This document shows positions 18,550-27,556 of a stretch of 64,000 nucleotides of DNA, piece after piece. The stretch lies in IMG/VR virus record IMGVR_UViG_3300020165_000009; one strand, 5' to 3'. The position numbers and the translations under genes are program-made. The notes under the pieces are model-generated. The model saw only the letters and a list, made by a program, of their open reading frames with translations, was not told the origin of the DNA and made no database searches. This DNA comes from a virus. Positions within the stretch are counted from its first letter, which is position 1. Every line of letters begins with the position of its first letter.

Positions 18550-19461
18550 ATGTCAAAACATAAAAATCTAACTGAAATTTGGGATGTCTATAAAGACTCC
18601 CTAATTAAAGAGTCAAAAGATAGTCGTAAAAAGGCTGCCGCCACCGGATGCATGCAAGGTGGTCTTAAGAATTTCGGCACTAAGGCAGGCCCTGGTCCAG
18701 TTGATGCCGATAGTAAGCAAGCTCATGATATTCAAAACAAGATGACATCAGACATCGCGGAGATCGACGGTTTCGAGCCAGCCATAGATCCGAAGAAGAT
18801 GAAAAAGAAGGATAAGAAGGGTAACCTATATACACCGGGTAAGTTTTCTGCTGAACAATTTGACGAAAAGCTTGCAAAAAGGTACAAGGTAGATATAAAT
18901 AATAATATGAAGTCAACATTTGATAAACTATTTGAAGAAGTAATGGGCGATGATACTGAGCTAGATGCTCTTGGTATTGAAGTGGATGAGGTAGAAGATA
19001 CCGCTGAAGGTGAAGATACTGGTGACATTACCATTACAATCGACCGTGATATGGCTGAAGGCCTTTGCGAATTACTCCAAGCTGCTATGGGTGATGAATC
19101 CGAAGATGCAGATGCAGATGCAGAGGATTATGAGGAAATGGAAGAGTGCGACGAAGATGAAGATGACACAATGGACGAAGCTGTTGATGCTGAAGACCAT
19201 GGTCACCCTCTTGTAAATCTTAAGGGTGGTCAACCAACTAAGATTAGTGCTGGATCAAATAGAGTTAAATCTACAGTAACTGGTAAAACAGCTGGTGGTA
19301 AAGCAGATGCTAAAGTTAAGAAGCAACAAGGTGTTGCAGATGAAGATCTTGGCGAGCCACTTGTAAATCAGAAGAAGGGTGACGCTACTAAGATTGCTGC
19401 TGGATCAAATAAGGTACACGCAACTAAGGCTAATAAGCCTGGTGAGTCACTATTCGCTTAA
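18550..19461 (+). CDS. Acidic late protein, probable prohead core/internal protein
   Basis: 303 aa; basic N-part, very acidic middle, two C-terminal repeats (PLVNxKxGxxTKIxAGSNxV). Confidence 0.6.
   Translation: MSKHKNLTEIWDVYKDSLIKESKDSRKKAAATGCMQGGLKNFGTKAGPGPVDADSKQAHDIQNKMTSDIAEIDGFEPAIDPKKMKKKDKKGNLYTPGKFSAEQFDEKLAKRYKVDINNNMKSTFDKLFEEVMGDDTELDALGIEVDEVEDTAEGEDTGDITITIDRDMAEGLCELLQAAMGDESEDADADAEDYEEMEECDEDEDDTMDEAVDAEDHGHPLVNLKGGQPTKISAGSNRVKSTVTGKTAGGKADAKVKKQQGVADEDLGEPLVNQKKGDATKIAAGSNKVHATKANKPGESLFA
18894..18901 (+). promoter_or_regulatory. Internal late promoter TATAAATA before the in-frame ATG at 18907
   Basis: Exact T4 late consensus 5 nt upstream of an in-frame ATG (MKSTFDKLFEE). 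Confidence 0.6.
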
Positions 19462-19485
19462 TATCAAATAAAAAAAACTTAGACT

Positions 19486-19520
19486 AAAAAAGGCTGTAAC
19501 TTAGGTTACAGCTTTTTTTT
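19486..19520. terminator. Rho-independent terminator, probably bidirectional
   Basis: AAAAAAGGCTGTAAC-ttag-GTTACAGCTTTTTTTT. Confidence 0.85.
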
Positions 19521-19534
19521 GTATAAATATAAAT

Positions 19535-19852
19535 ATGAACAGCTTTGCTACCTTCTTCTCCAATCGTGGACCAAGACATAGAGGTCATGGATTCACAGAT
19601 ACGCATCACTCGTATAGAAGAAAGAAACTCAACCTAGTACCTGATGCATACAAGAAGGACCTTGCAAAGAATCAAAATATCGAGAGATTAAAAGAACATC
19701 CTGGTACATGCGTATGTAATAATAAAGATTTAGAATATATTAGAGATACATACGGTATCGTGCCGCATAAGGACAAGGAACAAAAGCTGGGTAAGACTGG
19801 TATTATTATCTCTTACAATCCGCAAAACAACACATTCGTATTAAAAAAGTAA
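19535..19852 (+). CDS. Hypothetical late protein
   Basis: 105 aa; TATAAATA upstream; abuts the neck gene. Confidence 0.6.
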   Translation: MNSFATFFSNRGPRHRGHGFTDTHHSYRRKKLNLVPDAYKKDLAKNQNIERLKEHPGTCVCNNKDLEYIRDTYGIVPHKDKEQKLGKTGIIISYNPQNNTFVLKK

Positions 19853-20734
19853 ATGAGCGTCGATTATAACAATAACCCATTCCCTGGATTGGTTCAGAAT
19901 GATCAAACATGTTGGAGATTTACTGATAAGTCGAACCAAGAAAGTGAACGTATTCTATTTGATAACTGGTGGCGAGAGCTGATTAATCAGTTTGGTGTCA
20001 AGACTACCTACTATGTAAATACTTTCAATACATTATCAGCTGATAATCTATACGGTGAGCAACCTACGAAGAGATTTGCGCCACCTGTTAAGTTTGTAAT
20101 GGGTATAAACTTAAACGATAACGCTATAACTTTAAGTCAGTTCGGCTTTCTTAGTGATGATGAGGTTACAGGCTTTATACATATTGAGTCCTTCGAAGCT
20201 GCATTCAGCTCTTTAACGGCCGAAGGGTTATGGGGTACTCAGAATGACATAATTGAGCCGAAAGCTGGTGACATCTTCCAACTCTCTGAATTTGGTGAAG
20301 ATAGGCCATCCAGTAGACAGCCTAAGTATTTTGAAATAACAGAAAAGCTAGATGAGGATATCACTCAAATAAATCCACTGGCCGGTCATTACGTGTTCTT
20401 AGTAAAAGCTAAACGTTACGATTACAGCTTCGAGCCTGGTATACCTTTTACATCTATAGGGCCGGAGTTCTTAATAACGCAACAAGGGGAGCAGGTTGGG
20501 GGCGATCCTTTATTCGTCGGGGACCATCCGGGTGATGATACCCTAAGCGTCGGCTTCTCCGGTAATGATCAGATCTACGAAGATTCTTTTGCTGGTAGAC
20601 TATCAGGTGGTGAGAATCCAGAGTCGCTGCCTAAGCAAGTTAATTACGATGAATACGATGTTGATTCATTTAGTAAGGAGCAAGTATTCGATATGTCAGA
20701 AAACGATACAGACGTGTATGGTGAATATTACTAG
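19853..20734 (+). CDS. gp14: Neck / head completion protein (gp14-like)
   Basis: ELINQFG...YY, DNLYGE, LSQFGF...DE, PKAGD, FEIT; typical gp14 pattern. Confidence 0.75.
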   Translation: MSVDYNNNPFPGLVQNDQTCWRFTDKSNQESERILFDNWWRELINQFGVKTTYYVNTFNTLSADNLYGEQPTKRFAPPVKFVMGINLNDNAITLSQFGFLSDDEVTGFIHIESFEAAFSSLTAEGLWGTQNDIIEPKAGDIFQLSEFGEDRPSSRQPKYFEITEKLDEDITQINPLAGHYVFLVKAKRYDYSFEPGIPFTSIGPEFLITQQGEQVGGDPLFVGDHPGDDTLSVGFSGNDQIYEDSFAGRLSGGENPESLPKQVNYDEYDVDSFSKEQVFDMSENDTDVYGEYY

Positions 20735-20946
20735 ATAACGAAGTTCGATAAAAACGCATCAGCCTCTTTCGTTGAGGCAAAAGTAATTTCCTTTCGACCA
20801 TCGCCAGCATCGAATACATATATAAAGCTCTTGTCTTCGCCTCTGCTAGGTTTAATATTAAGCAACTTGTAACGGGTGCCTCTCTTAAAGAACTTACCGT
20901 ATCTAGTTGTATTATTGAGAAATGTACTACCAGGAATATGTTGCAT
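20731..20946 (-). CDS. Hypothetical protein
   Basis: 71-aa ORF in a tightly packed minus-strand run. Confidence 0.55.
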   Translation of the reverse strand: MQHIPGSTFLNNTTRYGKFFKRGTRYKLLNIKPSRGEDKSFIYVFDAGDGRKEITFASTKEADAFLSNFVI

Positions 20947-21196
20947 CTTCTCTACCTTCTAATACTCCTCTTTTAATATTAAACTTCATATCCTCATATC
21001 TCTCATCGATATACTTCTGGAAGACCATAGGCTTAATCCATTTATTATTCTTATCTGGATCCATACCTAACCTCTCTGCAGCTTCTGCCGCCACATTCAC
21101 GCCAACCATTAGGCATGCAAATCTAGCTAAATAATCTATATCGTTTTCCGCTAGAACTTCGTTACCTCTGCCTTTAATTACTTTGTTTTTCTTCAT
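20927..21196 (-). CDS. Hypothetical protein
   Basis: 89 aa; GGAAC-N5-TATAAT ends 5 nt upstream of the ATG. Confidence 0.65.
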   Translation of the reverse strand: MKKNKVIKGRGNEVLAENDIDYLARFACLMVGVNVAAEAAERLGMDPDKNNKWIKPMVFQKYIDERYEDMKFNIKRGVLEGREDATYSW

Positions 21197-21201
21197 ACGT
21201 A

Positions 21202-21217
21202 ATTATATCGATGTTCC
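21202..21217 (-). promoter_or_regulatory. GGAAC-N5-TATAAT promoter
   Basis: Minus strand GGAACatcgaTATAATtacgtATG. Confidence 0.7.
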
Positions 21218-21221
21218 TCTT

Positions 21222-21608
21222 TTAAAGTGATTTAAGGAGAGCACCTACCATAAAGTGCTTTATGTCTTTTCTCTCAATTGACAGTTCTAATATGGAAACA
21301 ATAGTATTAAGCTGCTTCCGGAGGCCATCCTTAAACTTGTCATTAGATATTCTCGTTGTATTTTCACTATCTTTTGCTAAGTTCAGATTATCAATCTCTT
21401 CAAGTAGGAATGACCTTATAAGCGCGAGTGAGTCGCTTTTAACGTTACCTTGCTTAGCACATCCACGTAGCACTTCATCACCTAATTCTCGGCTAATGCT
21501 TGATACTATACCAGCGATTATATCGTCACGGTCTAGAGCTTTTTCTGATTTAAGCTGCTCGAACGCTGTTGGGCTAATTTCTGTAGTTATTTCTTCAAGC
21601 TTATTCAT
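21222..21608 (-). CDS. Hypothetical protein
   Basis: 128 aa; coupled to the upstream gene by TAATG. Confidence 0.6.
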   Translation of the reverse strand: MNKLEEITTEISPTAFEQLKSEKALDRDDIIAGIVSSISRELGDEVLRGCAKQGNVKSDSLALIRSFLLEEIDNLNLAKDSENTTRISNDKFKDGLRKQLNTIVSILELSIERKDIKHFMVGALLKSL

Positions 21609-21991
21609 TATCTTTCAAAGTATATCGGGTCAGTTGTTACGGCGGTACCTATACCAGCAGTGCATTTAATATTTTTCTTGCACTTACTACACTCAACAAC
21701 ATTTACCTCATCAAATCTATAATCTACGGTTAGTTCAGTTCTCTCATCACAAGGACATGCTATAGTAATAACATTCCTATTAGCTTCCTTTATCTGATTA
21801 GTTTTAACATCTTCAAACTCTCTGATAACTCTATTACTGTATATTTGTGAAAAAAATGATGATATAATAATCTGTCCCAATGTCGTGAGACCGAACACGG
21901 ACCAGAAGTACTCAGCAAAAATCGAAGCGAATATAAAGCTAACTAATGCTGTTACAGTTAACGATCTAAATAATTTATATAGGTTACTCAT
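21608..21991 (-). CDS. Membrane protein with C-terminal zinc-ribbon-like motif
   Basis: Two N-terminal hydrophobic helices; CPC...CSKC. Confidence 0.6.
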   Translation of the reverse strand: MSNLYKLFRSLTVTALVSFIFASIFAEYFWSVFGLTTLGQIIISSFFSQIYSNRVIREFEDVKTNQIKEANRNVITIACPCDERTELTVDYRFDEVNVVECSKCKKNIKCTAGIGTAVTTDPIYFER

Positions 21992-22352
21992 CTCCCTTTA
22001 TTATAGCTAACTTACCGTCAAAATCCACTAGCTTTTTTGCTATATTCTGGAGTAACTCGTTTAGACTATCAATGTGCTTTACTTTCTTAGAGAGTACAGG
22101 GTTGAGCTTAGCTATATCGAGCATTTTAGATAGGTTAGATAGGTCGACAAATACATCTGCCATGGAAGTTTCTATAGCCTCTAACGGGTAAGGTACTCCG
22201 TTCATGGTCGGCGGTATTTCATTCCGCTGCTGTAGATAGTCTGCTGTCGTCATACCACCAGGGGTACCTGGATTTTTTGCACCCGGTCCTATGCCAGATA
22301 CTTGGCGGTCAGTATCTGGTTTTTGTTGGTCTTCAAATAATCTACGCTTCAT
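21984..22352 (-). CDS. Hypothetical late protein
   Basis: 122 aa; TTAAATA upstream; MKRRLFE leader. Confidence 0.6.
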   Translation of the reverse strand: MKRRLFEDQQKPDTDRQVSGIGPGAKNPGTPGGMTTADYLQQRNEIPPTMNGVPYPLEAIETSMADVFVDLSNLSKMLDIAKLNPVLSKKVKHIDSLNELLQNIAKKLVDFDGKLAIIKGDE

Positions 22353-22386
22353 GTATATATTTAAGCTTTGGACTATAAATATAAAT

Positions 22387-22803
22387 ATGGCAAATAAATA
22401 CTATAACCGATTTACTAAGGTTCTCCGGGAGCAGGATGAAGATCCAGCGTTAACAGACGCAGAGGCTTTAGACGCTGAGCTTAGTGACATCACATCTGAC
22501 GAGCTAGGCGCAGATCTACCAGATAATGCTTCAGGTTCTCCCTTGAATAACCAGCAAAAGCAGATGTATGATGAGTTGAATAGCTGGATCTCTAAGATGG
22601 ATGAATTTGCATCTTACTTAAATGGCACAGACGACAGTATACAAACTACTCTTAACTCGGCAGAACCAGATACTATTTTCGATAGTATCAGTAATTCTGA
22701 AACAAAGAAGATTGCTAGAGTTGCTATGGAGGTAATGTCCTTAAGTGAAATTCTCAAGGGTTATCTTGCTGGTGCAAATGATCCTAAGTATAGATTTAAC
22801 TAA
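22387..22803 (+). CDS. Hypothetical late protein, probable internal head protein
   Basis: Start chosen at 22387 after TATAAATA; leader MANKYYNRFTKVLRE followed by an acidic region. Confidence 0.6.
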   Translation: MANKYYNRFTKVLREQDEDPALTDAEALDAELSDITSDELGADLPDNASGSPLNNQQKQMYDELNSWISKMDEFASYLNGTDDSIQTTLNSAEPDTIFDSISNSETKKIARVAMEVMSLSEILKGYLAGANDPKYRFN

Positions 22804-22810
22804 TAAGCCG

Positions 22811-23485
22811 ATGCATAACAAGACCGATATTGATTTAATTTTTGAGAGCTACTCTAAGACTAAGCAAATTGCGCCTGATTTTGATGCCATGTTTAATAAG
22901 GTGTATGACAGGTTACCAGAGTCACAGGATGAGTCAGACTCATTTCTGTTCGATGTACTCGATGCTGAAGCTAGTAACGGTGTCAGTAAGGCAGAGCTGA
23001 TCAGTAAGTATGGTGAGGATGCTGTTGCAACATATGAGAGATTTGGAGAGCAAAACGATCTTTTTGAAGGCCCGTTTGAAGATGCCGAAGGTGACGATTT
23101 TCTTTCTCTTCAAAAAGGCCAAAAAGTTTATGTTACTCTTACCGATGGTAGTGAATTACAAGGAGTGCTTGATTTCGATGGCTTTGATCTAGCACGCTCT
23201 AATATGTTTACAATTGACGGTGGTGAAGAGATCGGCGTCGAGTACATTTCTGACGTCGGTCCTGTATCAACAGAAGACGCGGAGGAATATGAAAGTAATG
23301 TCTATGAGAAACTACAAGCGTTTATGGAGTATCATCCCGAAACAGTAGAATACTTGAGCTCACTTCTTAATGAGATCGAAGCCATTATGACTGACATTAA
23401 TGCTCTTGAAGCACCAGATCAGAAGATAGATGCAGTTGATCTAGGCATACATCTTGATAGATTATCTCCATTTACTAACATTTAA
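22811..23485 (+). CDS. Acidic modular protein with capsid-targeting-like leader and Sm-like middle module
   Basis: Start at 22811 (MHNKTDIDLIFESY); two EDAE linkers flank GQKVYVTLTDGSELQGVL. Confidence 0.6.
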   Translation: MHNKTDIDLIFESYSKTKQIAPDFDAMFNKVYDRLPESQDESDSFLFDVLDAEASNGVSKAELISKYGEDAVATYERFGEQNDLFEGPFEDAEGDDFLSLQKGQKVYVTLTDGSELQGVLDFDGFDLARSNMFTIDGGEEIGVEYISDVGPVSTEDAEEYESNVYEKLQAFMEYHPETVEYLSSLLNEIEAIMTDINALEAPDQKIDAVDLGIHLDRLSPFTNI

Positions 23486-23489
23486 AAAT

Positions 23490-23798
23490 ATGAAAAACAA
23501 CACAGATATCAATTTAATATTTGAGAGCTATATCAAAAATAAAGCTCTAACCGAAGACAATGATCAATATGCACCTGATCCAATGGAAGATCCAACTAGA
23601 GATGGTGAGGGTGATGTTGTGTATATCGTCCAATCAAATGCAGAACACGAAGATACTGACACACATGGTGTTTTTACTGATTTTGAAACAGCTAAGAAGC
23701 ATGCAGCGGAGGTTGAATTAGTACCTGGGTTTTGGGTTGGTATAATGGAAATGCCGCTTAATGCACCAAACGCTGAAGGTAAGTATCATAGACTCTAG
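23490..23798 (+). CDS. Acidic small protein with duplicated leader
   Basis: Start at 23490; MKNNTDINLIFESYIKNKALTEDNDQYAP is shared with the 23827 ORF. Confidence 0.65.
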   Translation: MKNNTDINLIFESYIKNKALTEDNDQYAPDPMEDPTRDGEGDVVYIVQSNAEHEDTDTHGVFTDFETAKKHAAEVELVPGFWVGIMEMPLNAPNAEGKYHRL

Positions 23799-23915
23799 TA
23801 GCTACTAGATAATATTTAATAATAATATGAAAAACAAAACAGATATCAATTTAATATTTGAGAGCTATATCAAAAATAAAGCTCTAACCGAAGACAATGA
23901 TCAATATGCACCTGA
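23490..23915 (+). repeat. 89-bp direct repeat (23490-23578 and 23827-23915, one mismatch)
   Basis: atgaaaaacaa(c/a)acagatatcaatttaatatttgagagc...caatatgcacctga occurs twice; a diverged third copy starts at 22811. Confidence 0.95.
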
Positions 23916-24138
23916 AGATGCTCCTGAAGATGATCAATTTGGAGAAATTGAACCAGAAGAAGATGAGTCAGTAGGGGAATTCGACGAGTTTATCGAAAAG
24001 GCTGAGAAGTTCGTCGACGCTATTGGAGATGATGAGTTAGAATTCTTATCGACTCTACGTAAAGATCAATTTGAACTATTAATGGAGGTTGTCAGTGACC
24101 AGGTCGGTTACCGAGATAGAACAGATTATCATAACTAA
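23827..24138 (+). CDS. Acidic small protein with duplicated leader
   Basis: 103 aa; same 29-aa N-terminus as the 23490 ORF, unrelated C-terminus. Confidence 0.65.
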   Translation: MKNKTDINLIFESYIKNKALTEDNDQYAPEDAPEDDQFGEIEPEEDESVGEFDEFIEKAEKFVDAIGDDELEFLSTLRKDQFELLMEVVSDQVGYRDRTDYHN

Positions 24139-25172
24139 CTATTCTTAATTGCAGTTAATAGTAATTTAGCTTTAAGACCTGAATGAGTATTTTTTAATAT
24201 GAATTCAGGTTTTATTTTGTCTCTATTACCTGCCACGCATATATCATTAAAGTCTTTAAACTTTCTCAACTCCTTTGGCCATATAAAGACTCTTTCGTTA
24301 TTATCAGCGAGTATGATACTCTTATTAAGCGCTGCAGTATCTATGTATTGATTATCTAGTACGAATACCTTATCGTGTAGATACAAACTATTAATTTGTT
24401 GCTGTTGTAGGGCAGTAAATACTTTTGAACCTCTCTCCGTAATACCGCATGTAGCTAGACCATTCTGTACGAAGTAACTGTCAATAGGCCCCTCAAATAT
24501 AAACACAGCATCGAGATCAGCACTAACGTTCTGTATACCATACAACGTCTTCTCAGCACCTACCTTAGATAGATACTTTGGCCTGTCTCGCAAGTCTTTG
24601 TTATCTAATCCTCTCGTCTGATAGAAGACTATATTATTATTACTATCATAGAACGGTAACACCAATCTATTTTTATGAACAGGATCAGTAAGAGATATAT
24701 AAAATGTCTTAGGGCTATTGACGCCTTTATCTAGTTTACGTGTCTTGATACAATGTAGAGCCATTCTAACAAACGGGTTATCTTTATAGTACTCGACCTG
24801 ACTCTCATCAGTTAAATTAATGCAGTCTTTAGGTAGACTCTCAGTCTTAATTACCTGTTCAGGCTTCTCCTGCTTCGGAGCTTCGAGAGATATCTCGGTA
24901 TCGAAGTCTTTTATCTCAGAGATAATAACCTGTAAAGGTTTGTTAGCTATCTCTGAGATAAAAGCGATAGGCTTCTTACTATAGCCACAGTTATGGCAGT
25001 AAGCGACTTCTTTATCGACAATATAATAGAATCGTTTCTTTCTACCCCATGAATCACCTTCACGACAAATAGGGCAGCATCCATTATATGTCTTATTAAA
25101 TTTATTATACGAGATCTTATATATATTCTCGTAAAGAAATTGAATTATATACTGTTCAGGTATGGGTATCAT
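24135..25172 (-). CDS. gp61: DNA primase
   Basis: Zn finger CPICREG...CHNCG, RLVLPF, TOPRIM FEGPIDS, KDFND. Confidence 0.95.
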   Translation of the reverse strand: MIPIPEQYIIQFLYENIYKISYNKFNKTYNGCCPICREGDSWGRKKRFYYIVDKEVAYCHNCGYSKKPIAFISEIANKPLQVIISEIKDFDTEISLEAPKQEKPEQVIKTESLPKDCINLTDESQVEYYKDNPFVRMALHCIKTRKLDKGVNSPKTFYISLTDPVHKNRLVLPFYDSNNNIVFYQTRGLDNKDLRDRPKYLSKVGAEKTLYGIQNVSADLDAVFIFEGPIDSYFVQNGLATCGITERGSKVFTALQQQQINSLYLHDKVFVLDNQYIDTAALNKSIILADNNERVFIWPKELRKFKDFNDICVAGNRDKIKPEFILKNTHSGLKAKLLLTAIKNS

Positions 25173-25197
25173 CTACCTGATTATAGTATATAGTTTA

Positions 25198-25458
25198 CTA
25201 AGATCTACTCTGAGTTGTATTTGATGCAACTGCATGTACTGTTTGCCAATCAACAAGAGTCTCTCCAGTCTCTTTAGACTTAATAGAGGTTATGCCCTTT
25301 TTAATTATATGCCCAGTTACTGGGTCTGTAAAAATTGCCTGTTCATAGGTATTACCACCCTGGTCATATTGACTAATAACCGGGCGCGCTGTTTCTCCGG
25401 AGTATGGGCTTCTTACTTGCATCGGGTTAACGAAGTCGTTTGGATTATAATCATTCAT
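25198..25458 (-). CDS. Hypothetical protein
   Basis: 86 aa; TAAATA upstream. Confidence 0.55.
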   Translation of the reverse strand: MNDYNPNDFVNPMQVRSPYSGETARPVISQYDQGGNTYEQAIFTDPVTGHIIKKGITSIKSKETGETLVDWQTVHAVASNTTQSRS

Positions 25459-25466
25459 ATATTTAT

Positions 25467-26351
25467 TTAGGACAAAATCTCCTCTAATCTATTCTTTTGA
25501 AAGAAGGCACTATACCACTTTGCTTCATGTTTGATTATTTGCTCAAACTTTAACTCCTTGCAAGTAGATAAAAAAGTCTCCCAATTAGTATTATAATTCT
25601 GACGTGCTAGCTGAGACCTTACGTACGCCACCTCATCCTTATCCGATGTAAGTGTTACTAATTGTACGTTTTTCTCGTAGAGTTCTTGCTCTTTATCAGT
25701 TAGTTTATATCTGCCAGCAAGGTAGTTACCTACCTTAACCTTACCCATGCCCTTAATGCCGGGTATATTATCGCTCTTATCTCCTGTAAGAGCTTTTACC
25801 TTTATGAAATCGGCGTGTGAGTACTTTAATACCTCCTTAAAGTTATCTTCTGTAATCTCGATCTTTTTAATAGGATCATACACAGACACCTTATTAGATA
25901 TTAGCTGACACAGGTCTTTGTCTACAGTAACGATAACGTGCTTGTAGTGTTGTCTAGTTTTATAAAATTGACTACGAGCCTCCTTGTCCATATACTGGTC
26001 AATTATTTTAATAACATCATCTGCCTCGTATCTCTGCGGAAAGATAGACGGTACACCCATACTGGTAAGGAGCTTTTTAATTATATCGTTCTTAGTATGA
26101 ACCACTTGATTGCGTTCCTGGTCTCTATTACCCTTATACTCCTTTAGTAATTCTTTTCGCTTATTAGGTAAGCCGTCAGGCTTTTCATCCCATGCACAGA
26201 AGACTTTATCAGGCTTAAACTGATCTACATAGCTACGGACGCTATTTAGAAACATATAAACATGCATATTATCAGCCTTATGCTTCATATTATCCGCTAC
26301 CCAATATACCCTATGTACTAGGTTATTGCCATCAATTGTCAGTATTTTCAT
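25467..26351 (-). CDS. rnh: RNase H / 5'-3' flap exonuclease
   Basis: IDGNN, YKGNR, EADDVI, DKDLCQL, GDKSDNIPGIKGMG. Confidence 0.93.
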   Translation of the reverse strand: MKILTIDGNNLVHRVYWVADNMKHKADNMHVYMFLNSVRSYVDQFKPDKVFCAWDEKPDGLPNKRKELLKEYKGNRDQERNQVVHTKNDIIKKLLTSMGVPSIFPQRYEADDVIKIIDQYMDKEARSQFYKTRQHYKHVIVTVDKDLCQLISNKVSVYDPIKKIEITEDNFKEVLKYSHADFIKVKALTGDKSDNIPGIKGMGKVKVGNYLAGRYKLTDKEQELYEKNVQLVTLTSDKDEVAYVRSQLARQNYNTNWETFLSTCKELKFEQIIKHEAKWYSAFFQKNRLEEILS

Positions 26352-26592
26352 TTTTCTTATATTGTGCTTGTATTACTTTATAAACATCTCCTGGAACGGT
26401 TTTCATCAACTGTAATATCTCCTTATGGACTCCATTATAGAAATCCTCATGAGGTACAGATATATTTGCCATATCAGGTATTCTAAGAAAATTATACGAC
26501 AGTTCCTCTTCCTTAATGAAGACGAACGATTGACCAGCGTAATCACCGTGATGACACGCGTATATCTCTTTCTCTTTCGGCTTATCGGTCAT
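26332..26592 (-). CDS. Hypothetical protein
   Basis: 86-aa ORF overlapping both neighbours in an operon. Confidence 0.55.
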   Translation of the reverse strand: MTDKPKEKEIYACHHGDYAGQSFVFIKEEELSYNFLRIPDMANISVPHEDFYNGVHKEILQLMKTVPGDVYKVIQAQYKKNENTDN

Positions 26593-27556
26593 TACTAATA
26601 TAATAACCTATGTAGTCAGTTAATTCAACTACAAAGTCATTATATGTGCCTTGTTGCATGCCAATTTTCTTAGCCTTACTGCAATCGATGGCGTATCTAA
26701 AGTCATGACCCAGGCGATCCGCGACGAACTCTATATTATCGACAGGTTCTTTACCCATAATCTCACAGACTAGCTTAACAAGCTCTAAATTTGTTAACTC
26801 TACACCACTACCAATATTGTATACCCCGGCATCACCCTTAATAGCGACGTTCCAGACGGCTTCATTATGAGATGTAACGTGAATCCATTCCCGAACGTTA
26901 TTACCTTTACCATATACCGGAATCTTATTACCATTCTTTAAGGAGTCAATAATAGTCGGTATAAATTTCTCTTTATATTGATTAGGTCCGAAGTTATTAC
27001 AACAACGTGTTATCCCAATGTCTAAGCCATACGTCTTCATATATGATATACACATCAGGTCACTCGATGCCTTACTAGCAGCATAGGGAGAGCGTGGGGA
27101 TAACGGGGTCTCCTCAGTGAAGGCAGGGTCAGTTAGATCTAAGTGACCATACACCTCATCAGTAGATATATGAATGAATCTGCCATGACCTTTATTCCGG
27201 ACACGGTAACATTCTAGAAGATTCTGAGTACCTAATACATTCGATTCGACAAAAACAGTAGGTCCGGAAATGCTATTATCTACATGAGACTCAGCAGCAA
27301 AGTGAAAGATATAATCATATGGCTCATCTTCATCGAATCGCATCTCAAGCGCCGGTACATCCGTAATATCAATATCATAAGTCTCATCACAGTACGGGCT
27401 AGCATACTCTTTGTTTGACGCGTAACCGTTCTTGTCAATATTAACAATGTATACACTCTGCTGAAAAGTCTCACGTAGGTATTGTATAAAATTACCACCA
27501 ATAAACCCATAACCTCCTGTGACAAGTATTTTAGGTCTATTAATAGCCGTCGTCAT
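26582..27556 (-). CDS. rmlB: dTDP/NDP-glucose 4,6-dehydratase
   Basis: VTGGYGFIG, HFAAESHVDNSI, STDEVYG, SPYAASK, EKFIP, DRLGHDFRYA. Confidence 0.95.
   Translation of the reverse strand: MTTAINRPKILVTGGYGFIGGNFIQYLRETFQQSVYIVNIDKNGYASNKEYASPYCDETYDIDITDVPALEMRFDEDEPYDYIFHFAAESHVDNSISGPTVFVESNVLGTQNLLECYRVRNKGHGRFIHISTDEVYGHLDLTDPAFTEETPLSPRSPYAASKASSDLMCISYMKTYGLDIGITRCCNNFGPNQYKEKFIPTIIDSLKNGNKIPVYGKGNNVREWIHVTSHNEAVWNVAIKGDAGVYNIGSGVELTNLELVKLVCEIMGKEPVDNIEFVADRLGHDFRYAIDCSKAKKIGMQQGTYNDFVVELTDYIGYYISNDR

Noticed and set aside
23490-23915. CRISPR array or diversity-generating retroelement reading of the 89-bp repeat
   Set aside because: Only two near-identical copies, both in frame at gene starts; a single mismatch; no Cas or reverse transcriptase gene in the window.
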